The notes under the pieces are model-generated. The model did no database searches, was not told where the DNA came from, and worked only from the letters and a program-made list of their open reading frames with translations. This document shows positions 1 to 12,036 of a stretch of 49,823 bases of DNA, piece by piece. Source of the stretch: Octopus bimaculoides (taxonomy: Eukaryota); assembly GCF_001194135.2 (NCBI RefSeq), contig NC_068981.1, positions 53,620,482 through 53,670,304 of the forward strand, given 5' to 3'. The translations under genes were made by a program, and so were the position numbers. Each line of letters opens with the position of its first letter. The first letter of the stretch is position 1.

Positions 1-37
<37 letters not shown>
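1..37. repeat. (TA)n microsatellite
   Basis: Direct reading. Confidence 0.98.
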
Positions 38-39
<2 letters not shown>

Positions 40-333
40 TCCTACATAATAGCCTACTAATAAATCTACATGTGTATGTATAAACTGTGGGTTTTGGGGT
101 ACCACTACCTTCTATGTATATCTCCTATTTAGTATGGAGTATGTTTCATTTATGAGGATGTACTCCTGAGTGTTGGGTCCATCGACTTGACATCTGCATT
201 TTATCCAAGCACCCGAAGGACCCAAGATTCAGACAAAAACAGGAGTACATCCTCATAAATGATGCATCTCCCATATTATTTGATACCCCAATACCCACTG
301 ATAGATTTATTAGTAGGCTGTTATGTAGGTGAA
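37..333. mobile_element. About 297-bp foldback MITE-like element in TA context
   Basis: Terminal IR TTCTCCTACATAATAGCCTACTAATAAATCTA vs TAGATTTATTAGTAGGCTGTTATGTAGGTGAA (2 mismatches). Perfect 23-bp inner IR at 146-168/240-262. TA on both sides. Confidence 0.75.
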
Positions 334-344
334 TATATATAGGT

Positions 345-720
345 AGGTAAATGGATATGTAGGCAAACAGATAAATAAATAAATAGGTACGTAGTTAATA
401 CAGACGGAGAAGCACATACACACATACATACACAAAAGGAGATGGAAACAATTGACCATATACACACATGCACACTCCACATACACACACAAGGACACAT
501 ATGGAGACAGAGGTACACACGCACACACACACATGTACAAACACAAACATGCACACACAAACACATGAATATGTAGGATACATACATACAAACATACACA
601 CACACATACATATATATGCATACACGCACACATACGCATACATACATACATGCATGCATATATACATATGTGTATACACACGCACACTAATGCACACACA
701 TGTGCACAAATAAATAAACA
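345..720. repeat. Degenerate (CA)/(TA)/(CATA) compound microsatellite
   Basis: Explains the spurious Cys/Val- and His/Thr-rich ORFs. Confidence 0.9.
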
Positions 721-873
721 AAAAGAATGCAGCTCTGATACTGGACAAACAACTATTGAAGAGGTTGCAAGAAGCAACAAAAATTTTAGGAGAGATAAAT
801 AGTAAATGAGTGGAAATCGAATCAGTGAGTATGTTAATTAATAAGGCATTAAAGCAGAATGACTCTCCCAGAT

Positions 874-911
<38 letters not shown>

Positions 912-1167
912 CGCCCTATGTAAACAAACAAGTTTGTTTTTCGAAGCGCTGAAATGTATGGTAGAACAAGTAGAAAGATAAATTTTATTCAACGCATAAG
1001 ATACTGAACAGTATAGATATAAAGGATAAAATTCATTTTTTCTTTTTAAAAGCAGAAAAATTTGTTGGCATATATGCATACATGTGTGTGTGTGTGTGTG
1101 TGTGTGTAACACACCTATACATATACATAAATGCATATACATACAAACACACACACACACACACATA

Positions 1168-2558
1168 TATGATTTTTTTCTGTTGCTGTCACAGTTTTTG
1201 AAATATTAAAATTAAGTGAAAATTCTCAAATTTAGTATATCAAAAAAATTTTTCATGCTGAATGTGATTTTGCTATTGACTAGTTCCAGAAAATTTTTAG
1301 AAAAATGTTACAAGGTTTAAAATTTGATCATTTTTATCCAGTCAGAAAACAAAATTTGGAAGCTGGTATTTTCTCTGTGATACCTGTTTATCACAATATC
1401 AGTGTCAATGAAAGGTGCAAGAAGTTTTGAAATTTTAATAAGTTTTAATGAATAAAGTCACGTGAAACAGTAGAACAAGCATATAAACAATTTAAAAGGG
1501 AAAAACTCCTCAATGAAAAATTTTTTTTCCAAACATTTACATAAAAACAAACAAACCATACTACTGTAAACAATTGATACATTTTTGTAGTGAAAATTCA
1601 AAAATGAAAGTTTGAGATACACTCTAGGAATTTCTCAAACAAATTACAATTTTTGGATCTCCCATGTCATATAAACTTGCAGAGATATGAGTCAACCATA
1701 GAACAGTGGGTTCCACAGCATTGTTATTTCCTTGTTTTTCACTGGCCCATGTGCTTTTTCCTACTTGTTGCATGTTCATGCCATCTTCTGAGTTAATAAA
1801 GTCAGTGCTGAAGTTCACTGTTCTGTGTCAAAAATTATAACCATCAAATTCATGAATGTGAGAAGGGCCCTCCACATGTCACTTAAAATTGTGGTTCCTA
1901 GAAGGACCAACTCATGTATGCATTCCTTGAATGTGTTGCAATTCCAACATGGCATTGCATAAAGAAAAACATGTCTGGTCTTGCTACACACTCCTCTAAA
2001 AATCCACTGCTCAGGTAGTAAGCACCCTTCCTCGATTATATTTATGTCTTGAGAAGACTGTTTTGTCTATCTCAACAATATTTCCACTACCGCCTATCTC
2101 AACTGGATTGCAGTGCACATATTTCACAAACATAGCTGTTGTAATCGATAGCTGTGCAGTGACTTATCTCCAGTTCTTCAATACAAAACTGAACTGAAGT
2201 CAATTCCTTGACTCATGAATAAAAGAAAAAAAGCAGTACAGTCCTAAGAAGGGTTCCACCTCCTTCCAAAGACATATCTTTTCTAACAGACACACACTCA
2301 TTACATTATTTTTAGGAGCAGACCACAGCTTGGCTTGTAACTATAGACACAAGCAACAATATGTCTGTGACTTTTGATTGGCTAAAATTACCCAAAATTT
2401 GCAAACTCTAAAAGTTATTAACTTTTTTTTATTTATCAATTTATGGCAAAAATGAATTTCATTTCAATAACTGGCATACAAAGCTACATCAGAACATCAA
2501 ATTTGGAAATAATTGGAACAAAAAGAAAAATAGAAAACTGTGACAATAAAAAAGATCT
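1168..2558 (-). mobile_element. Merlin (IS1016/ISXO2-like) DNA transposon, decayed
   Basis: Imperfect terminal inverted similarity around TGTCACAGTTTT (about 1187-1198 vs 2535-2546). Carries a transposase remnant. Shares blocks with 42440-43420. Confidence 0.7.
1625..2230 (-). pseudogene. Merlin/ISXO2-family DDE transposase pseudogene
   Basis: Frameshifted manual translation: ELEISHCTAIDYNSYVCEIC, IGGSGNIVEIDKTVFSRHKYNRGR, PEQWIFRGVC, GTTILSDMWRA, HRTVNFS and CGTHCSMVDSYLCKF. All correspond to Merlin motifs. Confidence 0.85.
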
Positions 2559-2562
2559 TATA

Positions 2563-3823
2563 TTAGGTTGGCAACTAAGTTCCCACTGTTTTTTAAATTA
2601 AAATTTTTTAAAAGGTTTAATCAAAAATAACATCTAATTAATCAATAATGTATTCACCCTTGTTGTTTACAACTTCTTCCCAACGTTCAACAAGATTTTC
2701 AATACCTTGTTGGTAGAAATCACCTGATTTTGACTCGAAAAATTGATCCAACCAAGCTCTCAATTCTGCATCAGTATTGAACGAAACTCCACGCATAGCA
2801 TTTGAAAGAGATTGAAAGAAGTGGAAATCTGTTGGTGCCAAATCAGGAGAGTACGGCGGGTGTAGCAGCACTTCCCAACCATGCGTTTGAATGGCTTCCT
2901 TGGTCATATTGGCGATATGAGGGCGGGCATTGTCGTGCAGCAGAAGAACTCCATGCTGCCGATTAGGTTTTTTCTCTTGAATAACCATGTTGAGTCATTC
3001 CATCTGTTGAACATAGAGTTCCGCATTGACCATTTGGTTTTGTTCAAGCAATTTGTTATGGATAATCCCTTCCCAGTATACGCACAACGTCGTTTTACGC
3101 AGATGAAGATCTTGTTTCATGTGCAGTGTCGCTTGTTTACCGGGGCTAAGCCATTCCTAATACCGCTTCATATTGATGTACAGGCACCATTTTTCATTGC
3201 CAGTAATGATTTGGTAAAGAAATCGTTGCTTATGTCAATGAGTTGAGCAGTGACGAGCAAGCAAACCAACAGAGATTGTGGCTCATTGACTTTTGTTGTT
3301 GTCACTTAAAGCATGCGAAACCCATGCTCCATACTCCTGAACCTTTCCCATTGAGTGAAGATGCTTCTCTATAGCAGTGTGGGAGCATTCCATTTTCTCT
3401 GCCAGTTCCCTTGTTGTTTGATGAGAATTTTCATGCAAAAGTTGGTTTAGTCGCTCCTTATTGAACTCAACTGGACGGCCAGAATGAGGTGCGTCTTTGA
3501 GATCAAAATTTTCATTTTTGAACTTGGCATATCAATCACGAGCTGTTCTTTCAGCTATGGCACCCTCTCCATACACAGCACAAATATCGCGAGCAGCTTT
3601 TGCGGCCTTAGAACCTTAATTAAAAGCAAAAAGAAGGAGGTGTTGAAAATGCTCATTTTTCTTAACTTGACATTCCATTTTAATGAGCTGAAAATAAACA
3701 AAAATTAACTAGAATTGACTAGAAAAATACAAAATAGATTTCAAAATGATTCAAAAATAGAATTCTTGAAAAAAATAGACTCCAAAATTTTAAAAAACAG
3801 CGGGAACTTAGTTTCCAATCCAG
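2563..3823 (-). mobile_element. Full-length mariner element (1261 bp)
   Basis: About 30-bp TIRs: TTAGGTTGGCAACTAAGTTCCCACTGTTTTTTAAA and revcomp CTGGATTGGAAACTAAGTTCCCGCTGTTTTTTAAA. TA on both sides (2561-62, 3824-25). Confidence 0.95.
2638..3678 (-). pseudogene. Mariner D,D34D transposase pseudogene
   Basis: One reading frame of 347 codons with 6 premature stops. Motifs WVSHAL, ITGNEKW (first catalytic D changed to N), HDNARPH and YSPDLAPTD, with 34 residues between the last two Asp. Confidence 0.95.
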
Positions 3824-3825
3824 TA

Positions 3826-3922
3826 TATGTATGTATGTGTGTGTGTGCATGCATGCGTATGTGTGTGAGAGAGAGAGGGGTGAGAGAGAGAGAGGGGTGA
3901 GAGAGAGAGAGAGAGAGAGAGA
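3826..3922. repeat. (GT)/(GA) microsatellite
   Basis: Direct reading. Confidence 0.9.
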
Positions 3923-4751
3923 AATGATGTGTCCACCATGATGTTTACTTTTTATTATTTCTTTTCAGTTCCAGAATGTCTGTGTATACATATTGTCATG
4001 TATCATGCACAAATATAACCATTTTTGACTAGACATAAAGTATTCTTCTAAAAGATTATGGGTGATCTACTCAAACTATAGTACCACCAGTAATTATTTT
4101 ATTGACTTCAGAAGAATTAAAACAAGACTAGCTCCAACTAGGTTTGAACTCAGAATCCCAATACACCAGACTTGTAGCCATAACACATCTATTCGATGTC
4201 TCAATCATCTATCAGAAAAGTAATAATTTCCTCTAGATGTAAGGCCTCAGACTTATTAGAAATTAAATAAAAGTGGAATAGTGTCAGTGACCAAGTTATA
4301 GAAGTGCAATGAAACTTTTTGACATTTCATAGTAGACAGTACTATCAAGAAATAGATGAGAATAAATGGAACTATTTTTGTGTTCTTAAATGACGGTAAA
4401 TGAAATTGACTTATGCATGCCTTTTTTTTTTTTCGAAGAATATTAAATATACAGTGAAAAAGTGAATCTGCATTCAAATACTGATGATAATTTTGTACCC
4501 TTAGAAATTTACCCAATTTTATAAGAATCACTAATAACTTCCATGGTGCCTTAATTTCAAACCAGAACACAGCACACCTCTGTTCAAAGGCATTCCATTC
4601 ATGACTATGATATCTTTTGTATATTTAATGTGCCTTCCTTTTTTTTTTTTAAAGATAGTAATGTATAATTTGAGATTGGCTGCTATTTCTAACAGGCTGA
4701 GTGACAATAGGGTTTCTTTGTTGTTGAACAAGGCTGATCACAAACAACAAC

Positions 4752-4810
4752 TGAATCATTGTAACTAACTTTTGAGTTAATTGAATCATTGTAACTAACT
4801 TTTGAGTTAA
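4752..4810. repeat. Perfect tandem duplication, 30-bp period
   Basis: TGAATCATTGTAACTAACTTTTGAGTTAA at 4752 and 4782. Confidence 0.95.
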
Positions 4811-6326
4811 ATTATTCTAGAATCTTTTAACAATACATTCTCTGTTGAAAACCAGTGATTTATTTATTGTACAGTCTTTACAAGATTGAATTTTCTATAA
4901 ATTTTCTCACATCAATAATAATTATATTTTGTATTTCATTTAATGTGGTAGTTACCATATTTCTCAAGAGATATTTTTATTTTCCCATCTAAACGCTTTC
5001 AAGAGGTCAGTTCATACAATCTTCCCGTAGAACAGTTTTTATAAGATGATAACACTATTGTGAAAAGTAAGATTACTTATAAACCTATTTCTACAAAAGA
5101 ATTTTTTTTCTTTCTCTTTGTTTCTCTCCTGTTATGATGGTGTTTATTAAGTTTTACTTGATTTAAAGGTCACATGTCAAATATAAATAAAAATAAAGCA
5201 AATTCAATTTCAGTTTATTTAACTAGTTTCTCTGTTGGTTGATGAAATGTCATTAAAACAAGCCTTATGACAATGACAAGGAGAAGGATCTTTAAATAAA
5301 AACTAACACCAGCAAGATATTTTTTTGAGATTTGTTTGATTTGGCAGGTCTAATCCAGAATAAGAGCATTAAAAAGCAACAAAAACTGAGAACAATCAAT
5401 TCTAAATTCTAAATGCACTTGTCATTTGAAGTGTTACAGAACACTAGACTTTGTATTTAAGTACAATAAATTAAATCCCATCATGAATATGTGTTTTAGT
5501 TTTGTCACCTAATAGCTATAACTAATGTTCCACTTTTAAAGTGACGTCCTCATAAAATATGAACCCAATTTAAAGATGTTTGTAATTTCAGGACACACAT
5601 TCCATTATAATTACAGAGTATACACCCATTGGATTATTGGGTGTTCTCTGGCAAAAATAGTATCAGAGACCAGCTGTATGACTCAGGTCTCCTAAATTAA
5701 GATTTAATTCTTATCTGAGTAAACATCCACAAAGGCAATATTCTCCCATAGGATTTATAAATATAAAAGACAGGATATATTTTAATGTTTACTAGATGTA
5801 TATATTACTTTTCTTTTCAGTTTTGTTGGAACACTTTATAAATGAACAATGCAATCATCTTACAATTTGCAATAATTCAGAGATTCCCCTTCATTATGAA
5901 TTAACTTCCATCATAATATGACCAATTTTTATTAGAATTAATGGTGTTATTTTATCAACTACATGAGATAATTTTTAAATGTTAATTTATTTGACTCAGA
6001 GTTTATAAAGTAACATATACAGAACAGAGGTTAGAGAATCATTTAAAATGTTTATAGAACTGTTATCTCTTGTTCAGAAATACTGAAAGTCAGACTATTT
6101 TAGGAATATGTTACAAGTATAGCTTTATACACAAAGTGTATCAACATGTTTTCATCAACTCTAAATAGTACTGTAAGTAGAAAAAAAAATGGGGAACCAT
6201 CAGTTCTATCAAGAGTATAGATGCCCTGTGGTCTTCCTATACTAAATAAAACATCATAAGAATTGTTATCAGCTAATGGTTACTATATAAGTAAAGGTAT
6301 GGTGGGCCTAAATTATTAAGATTGCC

Positions 6327-6540
6327 TTAACCCTTTAAACCAACCATAGCCAGCCAAAATATTCCACCTGTTTTATGTTCAACTGGTCATATCTGGCCCT
6401 TACACCAATCTTACAATATCATTCTAAAAATTAACAGTTACCTCATCAAAATCTCAAAGCTACAAGATAATGTATGATTAATTCAAAACAATGTCAAAAA
6501 TGTTACTTTTGACAGAATAATTTGAGTGCTAAAAGGTTAA
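6327..6540. mobile_element. TTAA-flanked piggyBac-type MITE
   Basis: TTAA|CCCTTT ... GCTAAAAGG|TTAA. Internal sequence shared with copies at 8212, 24164, 34300 and 35928. Confidence 0.75.
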
Positions 6541-7544
6541 AGCACCCTGCCTCTATTATCTTCAATAAGATGAGTGCCTAATTATTACTATAAACAAAAT
6601 ATTCTACTAATATCATTCACAGGATGTAAGCCAGTTAGGAAGTCTGCATGGCAATAGCCAAATTTCCATCAAACCACACCCTATTCATGCCTGCCAGTTT
6701 TAAGTTAGAGCCTGAGTGGAAATTTACTTGAGATATGGTTATTTGTGTATATGTGTTTATGTATGTCAGATTGCTTCTCAGCATTAGAGGTAACATGCAA
6801 CCTGCTGCACAATCTGGTCAGTAGCAACTAAACTGGTAACCCCACCAAACTTGCTTGGTAAAAATACTGATTTTGGATACCCTGCAGGATGAAAAACAAA
6901 GGACAGATGAATTCAGAAGTGGTAATTATCATCCAGTAATATGTGTTATGCATGTTAAGTGTGTGTTGTTAGTGGCATGTTCACATTTCATTCAAATGAG
7001 CCATGGAAGAAAGAAATAACCTTTATCTCCACAACTTCAAAAGCTTAGGCAGCTGGTCAATAGGGGCAACTGTAAGTGAAAACATATTATCATGCTGGGT
7101 TAGAAGTCATAATGTAGGGTAAACATCTGAAATGATATTTTACAGTCTTGATACACATCAAGTTAGTACAGTTAAATCTAGAGATCCCCTCAGTCATTCT
7201 GGTAATCTTCTACATTGTTATACAAGCTCAATTATCTTTGTAAATTTCTGCTATGCAATCCACCTCACCACATTTTCACTTTTTTTCTCTGTCATTGTGT
7301 CAATATCCAGTTTCATACTTGCATAGGTCAAACAGAATTCAACAAGACAGATTTCATACAGCCACATGCCCTTCTTATCACCAACCCTTACCGGTTTTCA
7401 AGCAAAGTAATTTTTTGCCCCTTGCCAGTTACATTTCCACAGAAAACTGGAAATGACCCAATTAGTATGATGGCAATACTCATTTACAAATACCTTCTGA
7501 TATCAAACCAAGGGGACACAAACAGTCACACACACACGGTGACT

Positions 7545-7820
7545 GTTTATTGGGATAACAAAGGTGTCATTCTCCTTCATTCTCTGGAATGTGGTTGAAT
7601 TATGAAAAGCAAGTAGTATGTTGAAACACTCAAAATGTTTAGAGAAATCATTAGGAGGGAGAAACCAAACAAGAATCTGGAAACAAATCCACATTCACTT
7701 TGTCAATGTATGACCACAAACATCTTCAGTACCAAATCAGACAATTGGCAAACTGGGTTGGTCAGTAGTCCTTCATCCACCATATAACCTCCTGATCTGG
7801 TATGCTCTGACTTGTACCAG
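7545..7820 (+). pseudogene. Second, more decayed mariner transposase fragment
   Basis: TVTVYWDNKGVILLHSLE ... LGWSVVLHPPY ... PDLVCSD, with stops and frameshifts. Confidence 0.7.
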
Positions 7821-8211
7821 TTTAGTTCAATGAAAGACAATATTCAGAAACAATGACTTGATAACAGAGATGAGGAGAAAGTAAGTGTGAAGAAGGGGGT
7901 ACAATAGCACACCTGAAAAACAGGAAGAAGAGTTACTCCACCATTCCACATCATCATTACTATGTAAGATCCATTTTTTATGCTGACATAGGTTGGTTCA
8001 ACAGGAGCTGCCTGACCAGAGGTCTGCACCTTGCTCCACTGTCTGCTTTGACATGGTTTCTATGGGCGGTGCCCACCACTTTACATAGTGTACTAGGTTC
8101 ATTTTACGTAGCACCAGTGAGGTCATCAAGTAACTTGCAAGACACCCTCAACTAAGCAACTGGGAGGGTAATAATACTGATGGTGATGGCTTTGAGCAAG
8201 GTGATGAGAGA

Positions 8212-8432
8212 TTAACTATTTAGCATTCACATTATTCTGTCAAATGTAATGGTTATTTCTTAATATTGTTTTGAATTAATCATGCATTATCTTGTAGCTA
8301 AATTTTGATGATGTAATTATTTATTTTTAGAATGACATTGTAGAGTAGGTGTGAGAAGCTAGATCTGACCAGTCTGAACATAAAACAGGTAGAACATTTT
8401 GGTTGGATAAGGCTGGTTTGAATTCTAAAGGT
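8212..8432. mobile_element. piggyBac-type MITE copy
   Basis: TTAA start and internal sequence matching the other copies. Right end eroded. Confidence 0.6.
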
Positions 8433-8676
8433 GTCTTACAGTAGAAGAGATAGAAGGTTAACCCCAGTTGGAAAAGAGAGAAAGGAGAAAAAGAGAAAAT
8501 GATGCCAAAAGACATACACATGTGCAACTGGAATGACCTGTGTCAGTTAATAATTATATCCATTTTCACATTACTTTCAGGACAAAACTCATAAATGCTT
8601 ATTAGATTTTAAAATGTTGTTGTAAATAATATAAATATAATGAAAAATATCAAAGAAAATTTTAATAAAAAGCAAT

Positions 8677-8682
8677 TTTATT
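8677..8682 (-). terminator. Candidate polyadenylation signal (AATAAA) of MRPL18
   Basis: First AATAAA on the minus strand, about 40 nt after the stop. The region is very AT-rich, so it could be chance. Confidence 0.4.
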
Positions 8683-8720
8683 AAATGACTTAATCACAAT
8701 AATTTAATAAAAATAATAGA

Positions 8721-8867
8721 TTAATGTTGGATATCATCACTCCATTTATTATCTGCAATACGATGGTAGCTACCATAGTCAATGCCAGGAATTATAGGGA
8801 AGATTTTCTCAGTAGGTTCTTTAAGTATCAGGTTATTTTGTTGTACTGCTGTTAAAAAGGCTTGAAG
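8721..8867 (-). CDS. MRPL18: MRPL18 exon 6 (147 nt, terminal): LQAFLTAVQQNNLILKEPTEKIFPIIPGIDYGSYHRIADNKWSDDIQH*
   Basis: Polypyrimidine acceptor ttttcttcttcag, phase 0. LxEP motif aligns with human VVLREP. TAA stop at 8723-8721. Total spliced CDS 76+100+78+114+118+147 = 633 nt = 210 aa plus stop. Confidence 0.9.
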   Translation of the reverse strand, partial: LQAFLTAVQQNNLILKEPTEKIFPIIPGIDYGSYHRIADNKWSDDIQH

Positions 8868-9127
8868 CTGAAGAAGAAAACAATACATTTTAATCTGGTG
8901 CTTGACTCACTGAGTCATCAAGATGTAAAGTTTTACAAACTGAGACAATTCAGACAAAAATTTCCATCAGAAAATACATTCATTTTTATACATTTGTGAT
9001 TTATGCATGTTCTTTTTTTAATTACACACAAACTATAAGGAGGTTGAAAATGTAAAAAATATCACCTTCCGAAAAGAAAGAGTAAGATAGAAAAGAAAAG
9101 GAAAAAAGAAAGAAAGAAAGAGGGGGA

Positions 9128-9176
<49 letters not shown>

Positions 9177-9211
9177 TGTGTGTGTGTATATATATTTTTA
9201 TAAATAAAGAT

Positions 9212-9364
9212 GTGGCTGTATGGTAAGAAGTTTGCTTCCCAACCACATGGTTTCAGGCTGAGTTCCACTGCATAGCACCTTGATTAAGTGCCTTCAATTA
9301 CAACCCTGGGATGACCAAAGCCTTGTGGGTGGATTTGGTAGATAGAAACTAAAAAAGAGTCTGT
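9212..9364 (+). mobile_element. tRNA-derived SINE (CORE-like), truncated by gap
   Basis: Head GTGGCTGTATGGTAAGAAG followed by a CACCTTG..AAGTG CORE-like block. Same family as 37078-37234 and 43888-43990. Confidence 0.65.
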
Positions 9365-9608
9365 NNNNNNNNNNNNNNNNNNNNNNNNNNNNNNNNNNNN
9401 NNNNNNNNNNNNNNNNNNNNNNNNNNNNNNNNNNNNNNNNNNNNNNNNNNNNNNNNNNNNNNNNNNNNNNNNNNNNNNNNNNNNNNNNNNNNNNNNNNNN
9501 NNNNNNNNNNNNNNNNNNNNNNNNNNNNNNNNNNNNNNNNNNNNNNNNNNNNNNNNNNNNNNNNNNNNNNNNNNNNNNNNNNNNNNNNNNNNNNNNNNNN
9601 NNNNNNNN
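9365..9608. other. Assembly gap (244 N)
   Basis: N run. Other gaps at 10693-10702, 25621-25764, 40310-40319 and 45327-45374. Confidence 1.
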
Positions 9609-9610
9609 AT

Positions 9611-9673
9611 ATCGGACTGAGGATTGGAATAGGGATTTTTCATTCTCTTAACCATGAAACGATCGTATCCGAT
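9611..9673 (+). ncRNA. Type-I hammerhead ribozyme motif (canonical core), antisense in MRPL18 intron 5
   Basis: Stem I ATCGGA/TCCGAT (9611-16/9668-73). Core CTGAGGA (9617-23). Stem II closed by TGG/CCA with a U-U at the base. GAA followed by palindromic stem III ACGATCGT (9659-66). GUA cleavage triplet ending at 9667. Confidence 0.75.
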
Positions 9674-9857
9674 TAACTAAAGACTTGTTTTGTTTATGCT
9701 TTCCCCTCTGGTTTTTTTGTTCTATGTGTGCCATAAATATCGCCATCCATTTAGAGAAAAATTTGTAGTTTAGAATCAGTAGTTCTTTGACTGCTATTTC
9801 TAAATTTTCAGTATGTTGGAGAAGCAACTCAATGCTAATCCCTGTATATTTATGATG

Positions 9858-9924
<67 letters not shown>

Positions 9925-10342
9925 TGTGCATGTTTGTGCGTGTTACTATCTCCTTATCTTGACATCATGTAATAATTGTAAATGTGTGTCACCATCATGC
10001 AAATAGTGTCCTTTGTTTCCAATATTCTGTGAAAACCTGTCTGGTGATGGGAAAATATTACCTTACTTGGGAACAGATGAGGGTTAGTAACAAGAAGGGC
10101 ATCTGGCCATAGAAAAATCTGCTTCAATAAATTTTAATGCAGCTCATGTGAGCATGGAAAAGCAGATGCTAAAATGATGATAATGGGTGGGTGGGTAGAT
10201 AGCTAGCTAGCTAGATAAAAATAAATAAATAAGTGCAAGATGGCAGGACCATAGTAAAAGACATTTCGCAAGGTGCCATGCAGCAAGTGTGTGTATGTGT
10301 GTATATAGGTAATTATTTGGACTTTGGGTATATGTCTAGTGT

Positions 10343-11056
10343 GGAGGCGCAATGGCCCAGTGGTTAGGGCAGCGGACTCGCGGTCATAGGATCGCGGTTT
10401 CGATTCCCAGACCGGGCGTTTGAGTGTTTATTAAGTGAAAACACCTAAAGCTCCACGAGGCTCCAGCAGGGGATGGTGGCGAACCCTGCTGTACTCTTCC
10501 ACCACAACTTTCTCTCACTCTTACTTCCTGTTTCTGTTGTGCTTGTAATTCAAAGGGTCAGCCTCGTCACACTGTGTCACGCTGAATATCCCCGAGAACT
10601 ACGTTAAGGGTACACGTGTCTGTGGAGTGCTCAGCCACTTGCATGTTAATTTCATGAGCAGGCTGTTCCGTTGATCAGATCAACTGGAACCCNNNNNNNN
10701 NNACTCGCGGTCATAGGATCGCGGTTTCGATTCCCAGACCGGGCGTTTGAGTGTTTATTAAGTGAAAACACCTAAAGCTCCACGAGGCTCCAGCAGGGGA
10801 TGGTGGCGAACCCTGCTGTACTCTTCCACCACAACTTTCTCTCACTCTTACTTCCTGTTTCTGTTGTGCTTGTAATTCAAAGGGTCAGCCTCGTCACACT
10901 GTGTCACGCTGAATATCCCCGAGAACTACGTTAAGGGTACACGTGTCTGTGGAGTGCTCAGCCACTTGCATGTTAATTTCATGAGCAGGCTGTTCCGTTG
11001 ATCAGATCAACTGGAACCCTCGATGTCGTAAGCGACGGAGTGCCAACAACAACAAC
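10343..11056 (+). mobile_element. Young tRNA-derived SINE with (CAA)n tail, shown twice across a 10-N gap
   Basis: A box TGGCCCAGTGG, B box GTTTCGATTCC, many CpGs retained. 10376-10692 is repeated identically at 10703-11019. Confidence 0.85.
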
Positions 11057-12036
11057 ATATGTCAAGCAGTATATTGATTAGACCACTTCCATCTTATGCC
11101 AGTGTAGCTAACACACTACAGGCAACAACAACATGCTTAGTGATTCTCAGTATATGTAGTAGCATATCTTATTTACATCAGATATCTGACAAGGCACAGC
11201 CTAAATTAATGGCTGCAACACAACTAGATGTACTATATCCTACCCATAAGGGACAGATGCAAGATGAGTTAAAACGACTGTTGTGCTGAATAAAGATTCT
11301 TGCTAAATCTATTTTCTGTTTCCTTCATTCATTATATATATATATATGTGTTTGCTTCTGTATATCTTCACATTGATCCTGTATGGCAGTGGCCCAATGC
11401 ACAAAGGTGTAGAACAAAGTACCTACTTGTAAAGTTAGGGTTAGCATCAGAAAGGGTATCCAGCCACAGAATATTGCCTCAAGAAGTTTCAGCCAACTTA
11501 TAACAATATGGAAAAGTGGACATACAAACAATGATTCATGCATGTATACAAATGGTGTTTATTTTGAAGTGTTTTTCTTTCATTAGTAGGCTCATTTGAT
11601 TTGCAATCACAGGAAAAATGTGTGCAGGTACATATATGTATAGTTATCCCACATGTGTTCACTAGAAGTCAGTTAGAAATACGTTGAATTATAGCTGAGA
11701 TAGAACTCCACGATTCACAATCTCTGGTACTACAAGTACAGACTAGATTTTAAAAATCTTTTACATTCATTTCTAAATGCCATATAAAAATGATCACTTA
11801 AATGCATACATTTGCTTAAACTGAAGAGCTACTGGTGCCTTTCTTCACTTCAAAATTGAAATGTATTTTTTTGTTTTGTTTTTTCTGCTATAATAGTTTG
11901 GACATATTACAATTATCGATCAACACACAAACTATGAATCTACAGTGTTTTAGACTAGATCACATTAATCTGATAAACTTTTAATATTATATATTGTCAA
12001 TGAATCTAAGACAAGAAACTAATAAAACAACTATAC

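Noticed and set aside
310-1166. Long Cys/Val- and His/Thr-rich ORFs
   Set aside because: Translations of CA/TG/TA microsatellites. No splice or homology support.
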